From assembly GCA_964584805.1 (NCBI GenBank), contig CAZPAY010000002.1, positions 80,311 to 144,310 on the forward strand: a stretch of DNA of 64,000 bases, in the 5' to 3' direction. This stretch comes from an uncultured Planctomycetales bacterium. Lineage in GTDB: Bacteria > Planctomycetota > UBA1135. This document shows, piece after piece, positions 9,887 to 18,906 of this stretch. Under the pieces are notes generated by a model. The model was given only the letters and a program-made list of their open reading frames with translations, made no database searches and was not told the DNA's origin. Position 1 is the first letter of the stretch. The number at the start of each line of letters is the position of its first letter. The translations under genes were made by a program, and so were the position numbers.

Positions 9887-11083
9887 ATGACTCCCGACCC
9901 ACTTTCCTACGGACTTTTTCTAGTCGGCGTGCGCGGTTCCGTTGCCACGACTGTTTTACACGGCCTCGAGGGCCTTTGCGCGGGCTACCCGCCGGTTGGC
10001 ATGTTGACCGAGACCGATGTTTTCGCGGATCAACCTCTGGTCAGCACGAATAGTTTGCGCGTAAGCGGCTGGGATGTCGCCGGTGATTTGCATCGATCCG
10101 CCGCTGAACTGGCGCGGCTGAATGTGTTGCCACGCGACCTGGTCGACTTGTCAGCCTTGCTCCGTGATCGCGTTGAGCGCGAAATCGCACCGGGCATTCC
10201 TGAGCCGGAAGATGAAAAAATAGTTGATGCAAAATCTGCTGAGCGCGCCAAACTGCCCGCAAAAGAGCAATTAGAAGCCTTGCGCGGTGATTTGCGCGAA
10301 TGGGTTGAGTCGGGCCGACTGCGTGGTGGCGTGGTAATGCACCTTGCTTCTGCTGAGCGTGGGCGCGAGTTGGCACCTGAGTGGATGAGCCGCGACGCCG
10401 ATCCGATTGCGTTGCTAGACAATGCCCCAATCGATTTCCCTCCTTCGATTCTTTACGCATTAGCCGCCATTTTGGAAGGCATGCCTTATGTGAACTTCAC
10501 GCCCTCACCCGGTGCGAGTTTGCCAGCGGTTGCGGGTTTTGCCGCACGCCAGGGTGTCCCTGTTTTAGGTAACGATGGCAAGACGGGCGAAACGCTTGTG
10601 AAAACAGCTTTGGCGCCGATGTTTCGTGATCGTGCGCTGAAAGTTTTGGCGTGGGAGGGTTACAACATGCTCGGCAACCGCGATGGCGCGGCATTGGCTG
10701 ACCCACAACGCAAAGTTGCGAAAATCAAAAATAAAGATCAGGTGCTGCCCGCGATTTTGGGCAAGAGCGATACGCGACACACCGGCGTGAGTATTGATTT
10801 CGTGCCGAGTTTGCATGACTGGAAGACCGCGATGGATTACATCCATTTTGAAGGTTTCCTTGGCGTGCAGATGAGCATGCAATTTACATGGCACGCGAGT
10901 GACTCGGCATTGGCCGCACCGCTTGTGCTGGATTTGGCGCGTTTAGCCTTGTTGGCGCAATCGCGTGGTCATGCAGGGCCATTGCACGCAGCGGCTCCGT
11001 TTTTCAAAAACCCTATTGAGGTTGACGAGCAGGATTTTCACCGTCAGATGGAAGTATTGCGGAAGTGGTTGGGCAACTCATGA
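9887..11083 (+). CDS. ino1: Inositol-3-phosphate synthase (myo-inositol-1-phosphate synthase family)
   Basis: LFLVGVRGSVATT Rossmann start, then NFTPSPGA...GVPVLGNDGKTGETLVKT...YNMLGNRDG core. Confidence 0.85.
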   Translation: MTPDPLSYGLFLVGVRGSVATTVLHGLEGLCAGYPPVGMLTETDVFADQPLVSTNSLRVSGWDVAGDLHRSAAELARLNVLPRDLVDLSALLRDRVEREIAPGIPEPEDEKIVDAKSAERAKLPAKEQLEALRGDLREWVESGRLRGGVVMHLASAERGRELAPEWMSRDADPIALLDNAPIDFPPSILYALAAILEGMPYVNFTPSPGASLPAVAGFAARQGVPVLGNDGKTGETLVKTALAPMFRDRALKVLAWEGYNMLGNRDGAALADPQRKVAKIKNKDQVLPAILGKSDTRHTGVSIDFVPSLHDWKTAMDYIHFEGFLGVQMSMQFTWHASDSALAAPLVLDLARLALLAQSRGHAGPLHAAAPFFKNPIEVDEQDFHRQMEVLRKWLGNS

Positions 11084-12141
11084 AACTATCCGAATTAGAT
11101 TTTAAGTTGCCTGAGCGATTAATCGCGAAGCACCCGACTTCCAAGCGAGCCGCTTCGCGCTTGTTGGTGACGCAGCCGAATACTGGCGTGACGCACCACG
11201 AAAAATTCCGTCGTCTTTCTGATCACCTAAAAGCGGGGGATTTGTTGATTCTCAACGACACGAAAGTCGTCCCTGCGCGCTTGTTGGCTCGTAAAGAAAC
11301 AGGCGGCCCCGCCGAGGTTTTATGGCTCGAAGACTTAGGCGACGGCATGGCTCACGGGATGGTCGGTGGTCGGCGTTTGCGCCCCGGCACCGAGTTGTTT
11401 TTGGGCGAGGGCGAGCCGCGGATTGAGTTGGTTGAGCGCAAGAGCGATGGCCAATGGCTGATGCGCGACATTCAAAAAACCGGTTGGCTTGAATTGCTGG
11501 CTGAGTTTGGCGCGGCTCCGTTGCCTCCCTATATTCGCCGCATGCGTCGGTCGGCCGGTGAGGCTGTTGATGTCGACGAAGACATCGAGCGTTACCAAAC
11601 GATTTGGGCCGAGGTTGATGGCGCCGTTGCTGCGCCGACGGCCAGTTTGCATTTTGATGACAAGGTCGTCTCGTCGTTAAATGTAAATGGAATTCAGCGC
11701 GCGACCGTGACGCTGCATGTGGGCGCGGGCACTTTCTTGCCCATCTCAAGTGATGAGATTGGTGAGCACAACATGCACAGCGAGCGTTTTGTGTTGCCTG
11801 ATGAGACCATCGCGGCGATGAAAGAAACGCGCGAGCGAGGTGGGCGCATCATTGCAGCCGGCACAACCGTTTGTCGTGTGCTTGAGGCCTACGGCGCAAC
11901 CGGCGCACAATCGGGTGAGACTGATATTTTCATTCAGCCCGGCCACAAGTTTGTCTGGACGGATGGCTTGTTGACCAACTTCCATACTCCTAAGTCAACC
12001 TTGCTCGCGTTGGTCGCGGCTTTTGCTCAGCATTTGGGCGTTGATGACGGCTTGGATTATGTAAAAACGCTTTACGGCGAGGCGATTGCCGAGCAATATC
12101 GTTTCTATAGTTACGGTGACTCGTCGCTTTGGCTGCCCTAG
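11080..12141 (+). CDS. queA: S-adenosylmethionine:tRNA ribosyltransferase-isomerase
   Basis: MKLSELDFKLPERLIAKHP..., LPPYIRR and TLHVGAGTFLP. ATGA overlap with the ino1 stop. Confidence 0.93.
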   Translation: MKLSELDFKLPERLIAKHPTSKRAASRLLVTQPNTGVTHHEKFRRLSDHLKAGDLLILNDTKVVPARLLARKETGGPAEVLWLEDLGDGMAHGMVGGRRLRPGTELFLGEGEPRIELVERKSDGQWLMRDIQKTGWLELLAEFGAAPLPPYIRRMRRSAGEAVDVDEDIERYQTIWAEVDGAVAAPTASLHFDDKVVSSLNVNGIQRATVTLHVGAGTFLPISSDEIGEHNMHSERFVLPDETIAAMKETRERGGRIIAAGTTVCRVLEAYGATGAQSGETDIFIQPGHKFVWTDGLLTNFHTPKSTLLALVAAFAQHLGVDDGLDYVKTLYGEAIAEQYRFYSYGDSSLWLP

Positions 12142-12149
12142 AGTAAGTC

Positions 12150-13520
12150 ATGCAATGGAAGCGCGGCGTTTGGAGCGGTTGGGGGCAATGGCCCCGCGTC
12201 TCTGCGTTTTCGACTTTTGCGCAAGAGCGCGATTCTGTCGCTCAAGCGATTGCTAATGCACGCGCTGGCACAGGTGAGTTAGATGCCAATCCAATTTGCA
12301 CGCATTTGATTGCAAGAGGCGTTGGCCGCAGCTACGGAGATGTCGCGACTCCGCTCGAAGGTGCGCGTTTGGTTTTGACAAGCGGGATGAGCGCCATTCA
12401 GAGTTTTGACGCGAGTTCCGGGCATCTGGTTTGCGGAGCAGGTGCAACCGTCGAGGATTTAATGCACGCGTTTTTGCCAAAGGGCTGGTTTTTGCCGGTC
12501 GTGCCTGGCACCAAATTTGTCACGATGGGCGGTGCGGTTGCCAATGATATCCATGGCAAAAATCAACCGCTTGATGGCAACTTTTCATCCTTTGTTGACG
12601 CACTTGAAATCATGACCGCCGCGGGTGAAATCGTGCGTTGTTCACGAGAGACTGAGCCCGATTTGTTTTTTGCAACCGTCGGTGGCTTGGGTTTGACCGG
12701 TGTGATTTTGAAAGTCGAGCTGCGTCTGATTCGCGTTTCCTCTCTTTGGATGGATAGCGAGACGGTTCAATTTCAAAACTTAGATGCGTTTTTCGAAACC
12801 GATGCCGCCAGTCATGATTTCACGCACAATGTAAGTTGGATTGATTGTGTCAAACGAGGCCCCGCGATGGGTCGCGGCGTATTTTTGCGCGGGCGATATG
12901 CAAAACAAGGTCCATCGACTTCGCCTGTTCGCGGTCAAAAAATGATGATTCCATTTCACGCGCCAAGCTGTGCGTTAAATCGATTCACGGTGCGCGCATT
13001 CAACGCTTGGTGGTTTCACCGACATTCGGCACAAGCGCGCGCGCGGCAAATGCACCTCGACAAGTTCTTCTTCCCACTCGATGGCGTCGCCAACTGGAAT
13101 CGCATGTACGGCCGCCGCGGGTTTTTGCAATATCAACTCGTCGTGCCACCCGACCCTGAGCGGCGGGCCATCCGCAAACTGCTCGAAACCATCACTTCCA
13201 GCGGGATGGCCTCCTTTTTGGCAGTCATCAAAGAGTTTGGTCAAGGCGGTGAGGGCATGTTGTCGTTTGCGCGCCCGGGTACAACGCTGGCCCTTGATTT
13301 CCCGAATCACGGGCAGGCTTTGTTGGATTTATTGACTCGGCTCGACCGCATTGTGATGGAGGCGGGTGGCGCGGTGAATTTGTCGAAAGATGCGCGGTTG
13401 AGTGCCGATGACTTCCGCGAGATGTACCCGCGGTTTGAGGAGTGGCGCGCCGTCCGTGAAAAATGGGACCCCGACGGTTTGTTTGCTTCGAGCATGAGCC
13501 GTAGACTTGGGTTAATTTGA
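12150..13520 (+). CDS. FAD-dependent oxidase of the DprE1 (decaprenylphosphoryl-beta-D-ribose oxidase) family
   Basis: ARGVGRSYGD, VVPGTKFVTMGGAVANDIHGKN and FFATVGGLGLTGVILKVELRL run colinear with M. tuberculosis DprE1 as I remember it. Confidence 0.8.
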   Translation: MQWKRGVWSGWGQWPRVSAFSTFAQERDSVAQAIANARAGTGELDANPICTHLIARGVGRSYGDVATPLEGARLVLTSGMSAIQSFDASSGHLVCGAGATVEDLMHAFLPKGWFLPVVPGTKFVTMGGAVANDIHGKNQPLDGNFSSFVDALEIMTAAGEIVRCSRETEPDLFFATVGGLGLTGVILKVELRLIRVSSLWMDSETVQFQNLDAFFETDAASHDFTHNVSWIDCVKRGPAMGRGVFLRGRYAKQGPSTSPVRGQKMMIPFHAPSCALNRFTVRAFNAWWFHRHSAQARARQMHLDKFFFPLDGVANWNRMYGRRGFLQYQLVVPPDPERRAIRKLLETITSSGMASFLAVIKEFGQGGEGMLSFARPGTTLALDFPNHGQALLDLLTRLDRIVMEAGGAVNLSKDARLSADDFREMYPRFEEWRAVREKWDPDGLFASSMSRRLGLI

Positions 13521-14029
13521 ATCATCCAATTAAGTACTGTTACTGGGCCGCGCCAGAAAAAATCTTGGCCGGCGAATATCCGCGCACCTTTGACGAGGTC
13601 GAATCACAAGAAAAAATTGACGCGCTCGTTGAGGCTGGGGTGCGCGTTTTTGTTGATTTAACGACTGAGGGCGACCGCTTGAAGCCATACGATGATTTGC
13701 TGGGAAAGCACAGAGCGCTTGGGGTGCGGCGTGAGTCGTTTCCGATTGCTGATGTTTCGGTGCCAGGCTCCCCGATCTATACCGCGACGATTTTAGATTG
13801 CATCGATGCGGCGATTGAAAATGGCGAAACGGTTTACATCCATTGCTGGGGCGGGATTGGTCGCACCGGCGTGATTGTCGGTTGCTGGCTTGCGCGACAC
13901 GGTGAGCCAGGCCAGGCAGCGCTCCATGAATTAAAGCGCCTGTGGCAAGCCAACCCTAAATCAAATCGCCCGCAAGATTCACCCGAAACGCCAACCCAAG
14001 AACAATACATCTTGGATTGGCGCGAGTAG
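13517..14029 (+). CDS. Cys-based protein-tyrosine/dual-specificity/lipid phosphatase family protein
   Basis: P-loop VYIHCWGGIGRTGVIVG (HCxxGxGRTG). The TTG start overlaps the upstream stop (TTGA). Confidence 0.8.
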   Translation: MNHPIKYCYWAAPEKILAGEYPRTFDEVESQEKIDALVEAGVRVFVDLTTEGDRLKPYDDLLGKHRALGVRRESFPIADVSVPGSPIYTATILDCIDAAIENGETVYIHCWGGIGRTGVIVGCWLARHGEPGQAALHELKRLWQANPKSNRPQDSPETPTQEQYILDWRE

Positions 14030-14200
14030 TTGGCAACGATGCGCCGTGCGTGGGCTCGTTAGGGCGTCAGCAACAGCGGCACCGCAACAGACGAAAATTC
14101 CCAATCGCCCCATGCGAGTTTTACGATCGTCGCAAAGTAAAAAGTGCTACCCAAGAGCGATGGGGGGATGGCGTTTGGTGGGAGAGTGTACTCATGACAT

Positions 14201-15385
14201 TCAATTCAAAAAGTCATCAGCCGAATCTTGGATAAACGGCCAGCATCGATTTGTGGTTTGGTTTAATGCGCCGGTAAGTAGTGCATTTTGTTTGGGCCAG
14301 TAAAGTGCCCACGACTCGCCGTAGCCGTAGTGGCCCCAGACCCAGCCCATGGGGTTGCCGTGGCGGTCGTTGCCTAGGTTTTCGCGGAAGAGGCCGAGGC
14401 CGTATTGGAGGCCGGGCTCACCGGTGGGCACCCATTGGGTCATTTCTGCATAGGTGCTTGAATGGGCGAATAGACCGCTTCCGTCGCCTTTTTCGCTGTT
14501 GGCGATGCCGAGGAGCAAGCGCTCTAAATCACGAGATGAACTGACCAAGCCGCCACCTGCCCAGTCGGCGCTTTGCCGTGGCTGGATATAAATATGCGTT
14601 GAGCCTTCGTAGCGGTGGGATTCGACGACACCTGCTGGCGCGTCTTCATACCAAAGTAACCAAGTCTGGGTCAAACCGAGCGGCTCATAAATCAATTCGC
14701 GATAAATGTCATGCAACTCTTTTCCATAAACTTCCTGCAATAACAAACCGGTTAATACATAATTTGAATCGGAATAGTGCCAACCCCAGCCCGGAACTCC
14801 AATGGGGTTTAAATCCGGTACATAAGTCATGATTTCTTCGGGTGTCCAGAAGTAATCTGCACCGCGCGTAATGAAATCCCAAAGGAAATCATTCATCCCC
14901 AAAAACTTGGGGCCGTCCAGCCAATAGTCGGGCAGGCCGCTTGTGTGAGAGAGCATTTGCCGCAGGGTTAGTTCGGGGCCGAAGTCGTGGCCGTTGATGA
15001 CAAGCAAACCCGTGGTGTATGCGGAGGGCAAATAAGTCGAAATAGGGGCATCTAAATCGAGCACACCTTGTTCGACCAAAAGCATGACGCACGCGGAGGT
15101 GAAGGTCTTGGAAATGCTAGCAATCTCAAAAGTCGCTGCGGGAGTCATTGGAGGCCCGGAACGAAACAATTCGCCCGAGGCGCAGGCATCGAGAATGCTG
15201 CCCGGTGCGGTAGACAGGACAGCAAGCCCGCCGCCCTTTCCGTTGGAATTGCCTACGACAACATCCAACTCAACCTGCATATCTACCCCGAATGTGGCCG
15301 GCGCAGAAGCCGCAGTGCGTGGAGCCTGCGGCAATGCCACAGAACTTTGACAAGCCACCAACAGCAGAGGGATGAGTAGATACAT
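14201..15385 (-). CDS. Serine hydrolase (beta-lactamase / DD-peptidase class C-like), lipoprotein-like
   Basis: SxxK motif in FEIASISKTFTSA. N-terminus is MYLLIPLLLVACQ. Confidence 0.85.
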   Translation of the reverse strand: MYLLIPLLLVACQSSVALPQAPRTAASAPATFGVDMQVELDVVVGNSNGKGGGLAVLSTAPGSILDACASGELFRSGPPMTPAATFEIASISKTFTSACVMLLVEQGVLDLDAPISTYLPSAYTTGLLVINGHDFGPELTLRQMLSHTSGLPDYWLDGPKFLGMNDFLWDFITRGADYFWTPEEIMTYVPDLNPIGVPGWGWHYSDSNYVLTGLLLQEVYGKELHDIYRELIYEPLGLTQTWLLWYEDAPAGVVESHRYEGSTHIYIQPRQSADWAGGGLVSSSRDLERLLLGIANSEKGDGSGLFAHSSTYAEMTQWVPTGEPGLQYGLGLFRENLGNDRHGNPMGWVWGHYGYGESWALYWPKQNALLTGALNQTTNRCWPFIQDSADDFLN

Positions 15386-15505
15386 CTAACCCTAGTCTAT
15401 ACCAGATTTTGCGAATTGCGGCCTTGGAAAAGCTGGCAGGGAAGAATAATTCCTATCCTCTACAGCACCCGTTGAAAAAGCCGCTCCTGTAAGTTATTCC
15501 AACCT

Positions 15506-15523
15506 CCCGCGCGAATGCGCGGG
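15506..15523 (+). other. GC hairpin in the 5' leader, 13 nt upstream of the OFOR fusion-gene start
   Basis: CCCGCGC-GAAT-GCGCGGG forms a perfect 7-bp stem. No U-tract follows it. Confidence 0.4.
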
Positions 15524-15535
15524 CAAAAGCAACCC

Positions 15536-17752
15536 ATGGAAATCCGCATTCACGGACGAGGAGGTCAAGGTGGCGTCACAGGCGCTAAGATTTTGGCTCT
15601 CATTTACGCACGTCTTGGCAAAGATGTGCAGACATTTGGCGACTACTCTGGCGAGCGCTCCGGCGCCCCCGTGCGGGCTTATACCCGTGTGAGCGACGAG
15701 CCCATCACCAACCGAAACAAGGTTTATCACCCCGACCACCTGTTGGTTTTTGATGAATCTCTGCTTGGCCCCGCGGTTTTGGCGGGCGTCCCTAAGGGTG
15801 GGCATATTTTGATCAATACGGCGATGTCGATGGGCGATTTGCCCCCTGAATACGCCGCATTCAATGTTGGGCTGATCAACGCCACCGAAATCGCGCGCAA
15901 GCATGGCATCGGCACCAAATCGCTGGTGATTGTGAATACCACGATTGCGGGTGCCTATTGCAAACTCGTCGGTCTTGAGTTTTCTGAACTTGATGCGGCT
16001 TATAACGATATGGGTTTTGCCTCTAACCTTGTTTCGGCGCGTGAAGCGTTTGACACGGTTGAGATTTGCGAGACGGCCACTCCGCATGAGCATGCACCCG
16101 AAGACGATTTGTCTGCAGCGCAACTGCCGATGGTCATGGAGTTGGTCGATCATGTCACCAGCCCTGCGACTGGCTTGAAGACCGGCACCTGGTCGAGTCA
16201 GCGCCCAGCTTATTTGCAAAAACTTGCACCCTGCTCAGCGTTTTGCCCTGCCGGCAACGACGCGATTGGTTTTGTGCAAGCCATGGCAGCCAATGGTGGT
16301 GGTGCGGCGGAAGGCTCTGCCATTTTGAGCAAGTCGACTCCGCTCTCCGCGGTTTGCGGTCGCGTTTGCCCCGCACCTTGCATGGAAGGTTGTAACCGCG
16401 CCGAAAAAGATGGCACGGTTAATATCCGCGGCCTTGAGCGCTGGATTGCTGAGCAAAACCCAGTTGCTGTGCGCAAGGTCGAGCGTTTGGCGGACGCAAA
16501 ACGCATCGGCATCATCGGCGGGGGCCCCGCTGGTTTGAGCGCGGCTTATGAGCTGGCTAAGGCTGGCCACGAGGCGCATATTTTCGACACCGAAACCCAA
16601 TTGGGCGGCGTGTTGCGCACGGGCATCCCTGAATACCGTTTGCCGCGAGTGGCCCTTGACCGTGAGGTTGATGATGTGCTCGCGCTTGGCGTGACCGCGC
16701 ATTGCGGCGAGGCGATTGATGCCGCCCGCATGACTGAGTTGGCCAGCGAATACGACAGCGTCATCATCGCGGCCGGTTTGCAAAAGCTGCGCTCACTAGG
16801 TTTGCCCGGTGAAGATTCTGACAGTGTCGAGCAGGGCATCCGCTTTTTGCACCGCATCACGATGGGTGGTGGCGCGAGTCTAAGTGGGCATGTCGTCATC
16901 TTGGGTGGCGGTAACACCGCCATGGATTGTGCGCGCTCGGCCTATCGCGCTGGCGCTGACAAAGTGACCGTCGCGTATCGCCGCACCCACGCGGAGATGC
17001 CTGCCATCCGTGAAGAGATTCATGAGGCCGAGGCGGAAAATGTCGAGATGCTGATGCTGCGCGCGCCGAAAGGTTATGTCGTTGAAGGCGGCAAGTTGAC
17101 CGGCATCGAGCTTGAGATTCAAGAGCTTGGCGAGCCAGACGACAGCGGTCGGCGCTCCCCGCAAGGTACAGGCAAAATCGAAACGCTTGACTGCAATTAT
17201 GTTTTGCTCGCGCTTGGGCAGAGTATTGACACGGGCATTTTCCCCGCGGGTTGGGAGATGGCCGACGATCATCATGTCACGACGCCAAACGGCGCGGTGG
17301 TTTTTGGTGCCGGCGACATTTCCACCTGGGAAGGCACGGTGACGCACGCGATTGGCTCCGGTCGACGCGCCGCCGGTTTGGCTTTGAATGCGCTGGGTGT
17401 GAGTTACGAAACATTCGTGCGACCCGAGCGCGTGACGGCCGTCCCTGCGACGGCGATTCGGATGGATCACTTTTCTGCACGCGATATGAGTGCCGATCAA
17501 ATGCTGCATCCGAGCCCGTTGGCGGGGGATTACAGCGAAGTTAATGCGGGCATGGTTGATGCGAGTGAGGCCGACCGATGCTTCTCTTGCGGCAATTGCA
17601 CGAATTGCGATAACTGTCTTGTGTTCTGTCCGGAAGGCATCATCGCGCGACAAACTGAATACGGTTACGCCGTTGACAATGATTACTGTAAAGGTTGTGG
17701 CATCTGCGTTGAAGAATGCCCACGCGATTCCATGGAGATGTTCCAGCTATGA
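15536..17752 (+). CDS. Fusion protein: OFOR gamma module + GltD/NfnB-like FeS-FAD-NAD(P)H oxidoreductase + 2x[4Fe-4S] delta-like ferredoxin module
   Basis: The N-terminus MEIRIHGRGGQGGVTGAKIL is PorG-like. The middle has CSAFCPAG and CGRVCPAPCMEGCNR, then IGIIGGGPAGLSAAYELAKAG and VVILGGGNTAMDCARSAYRAG...VAYRR. The C-terminus has CFSCGNCTNCDNCLVFCP and YCKGCGICVEECP. Confidence 0.85.
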   Translation: MEIRIHGRGGQGGVTGAKILALIYARLGKDVQTFGDYSGERSGAPVRAYTRVSDEPITNRNKVYHPDHLLVFDESLLGPAVLAGVPKGGHILINTAMSMGDLPPEYAAFNVGLINATEIARKHGIGTKSLVIVNTTIAGAYCKLVGLEFSELDAAYNDMGFASNLVSAREAFDTVEICETATPHEHAPEDDLSAAQLPMVMELVDHVTSPATGLKTGTWSSQRPAYLQKLAPCSAFCPAGNDAIGFVQAMAANGGGAAEGSAILSKSTPLSAVCGRVCPAPCMEGCNRAEKDGTVNIRGLERWIAEQNPVAVRKVERLADAKRIGIIGGGPAGLSAAYELAKAGHEAHIFDTETQLGGVLRTGIPEYRLPRVALDREVDDVLALGVTAHCGEAIDAARMTELASEYDSVIIAAGLQKLRSLGLPGEDSDSVEQGIRFLHRITMGGGASLSGHVVILGGGNTAMDCARSAYRAGADKVTVAYRRTHAEMPAIREEIHEAEAENVEMLMLRAPKGYVVEGGKLTGIELEIQELGEPDDSGRRSPQGTGKIETLDCNYVLLALGQSIDTGIFPAGWEMADDHHVTTPNGAVVFGAGDISTWEGTVTHAIGSGRRAAGLALNALGVSYETFVRPERVTAVPATAIRMDHFSARDMSADQMLHPSPLAGDYSEVNAGMVDASEADRCFSCGNCTNCDNCLVFCPEGIIARQTEYGYAVDNDYCKGCGICVEECPRDSMEMFQL

Positions 17753-18906
17753 GCCGTCAATTAATTAGTGCTAATCACGCCGCCGCTGAGGCTGCAACCA
17801 TGGCCGCGCGCGCCAATAAAAATGCGCGAGGTTTTGCGAGTGGGATTTACCCCATTACCCCGCAGACGGAGTGCATCGAATATCTTGCCAAGCAAGAAAT
17901 CGAAAAGGGCTCGGTGGTGCGTGTCGAGAGTGAGCACAGCGCGATGGGCGTTTGCATTGGCGCGTCGATTTCGGGCGCACGCACTTTCACCGCTTCGGCT
18001 TCAAACGGTTTGTCGTATATGGTCGAAAACATCGCGACGGCTGGTTTTTACCGCTTGCCGATTTTGATGTATGCCGTAAACCGCACGCTGGGGCCACCTT
18101 GGAATATCTGGGTGGATCACGGCGATACTTTTCAGTTGCGCGATGCCGGTTGGATGCATGTTTACTGTGAAGACAATCAAGAAGTCATGGATAGCATTTT
18201 GTTTGCTTATCGCGTGATGGAAGACAAGCGCATCATGTTGCCCATGATGGTTTGCGCCGATGCATTTGTGTTGAGCCATACGATGATGATGACCGACATG
18301 CCGACGCAAGAGCAGGTGAATGAATTCTTGCCTGACTTGGATTTGCCCCACGCGATTGGGCTTGACCCCGTCACGATTGGCGGTCTTGACTTTCCGCGTG
18401 AGACGGAAGTCCACCGCCGTCAACACCAAGAGGCGTTTGATCGCGTGCCTGAGGTTTACGCCGAAGCGCAGGCTGAGTTTGAAAAGGTGTTCGGTCGGAA
18501 AATCCCTGATCGCGTGGTGCCCTACCTGATGGATGACGCGGAAATCGCGATTGTCTGCATCGGTACTTTCGCCAGCACGGTGAAGCCGGTTGTCGATAGG
18601 CTGCGGAAACAGGGCATTAAAGCCGGTTTGGTGCGTTTGCGGATGCTGCGCCCATTCCCGGAGCAAGAGATGACAGAGCTTCTCTCGGGCGTCGAGCGCA
18701 TTGGCGTGATGGACCGCGATATCTCACTCGGCATGGGTGGTGTGCTCTGGAGCGAAACTCGTGGTTGCGCGCCTGACTCCATCATGCAGAATTACATGAT
18801 TGGCCTTGGCGGCGGTGATGTCCGCGCCGGGCATATCGAAAACATTTTCACCGAGCTTCTTGAGCAAAAAGAATCAGGCAAGCCTCGCATCGTGGAGGTC
18901 GGATAG
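17749..18906 (+). CDS. 2-oxoacid:ferredoxin oxidoreductase alpha subunit (substrate unassigned)
   Basis: GIYPITPQTECIEYL, VESEHSAMGVCIGASISGARTFTASASNGL. ATGA overlap with the upstream gene. The track start at 17716 is an extension. Confidence 0.9.
   Translation: MSRQLISANHAAAEAATMAARANKNARGFASGIYPITPQTECIEYLAKQEIEKGSVVRVESEHSAMGVCIGASISGARTFTASASNGLSYMVENIATAGFYRLPILMYAVNRTLGPPWNIWVDHGDTFQLRDAGWMHVYCEDNQEVMDSILFAYRVMEDKRIMLPMMVCADAFVLSHTMMMTDMPTQEQVNEFLPDLDLPHAIGLDPVTIGGLDFPRETEVHRRQHQEAFDRVPEVYAEAQAEFEKVFGRKIPDRVVPYLMDDAEIAIVCIGTFASTVKPVVDRLRKQGIKAGLVRLRMLRPFPEQEMTELLSGVERIGVMDRDISLGMGGVLWSETRGCAPDSIMQNYMIGLGGGDVRAGHIENIFTELLEQKESGKPRIVEVG

Noticed and set aside
14030-14200. A 170-nt convergent spacer, checked for a tRNA, small gene, terminator or repeat (the track lists 72-aa and 85-aa ORFs here).
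   Set aside because: I found no tRNA-like T-arm, no convincing stem plus U-tract, and the small ORFs are Arg/Gln-rich and run into the serine-hydrolase gene. It is left unannotated.
15494-18666. Several long minus-strand ORFs (241, 182, 257 and 221 aa) inside the OFOR genes.
   Set aside because: They are Arg/His-rich low-complexity translations typical of antisense frames in GC-rich coding DNA. The plus strand carries unambiguous OFOR motifs.
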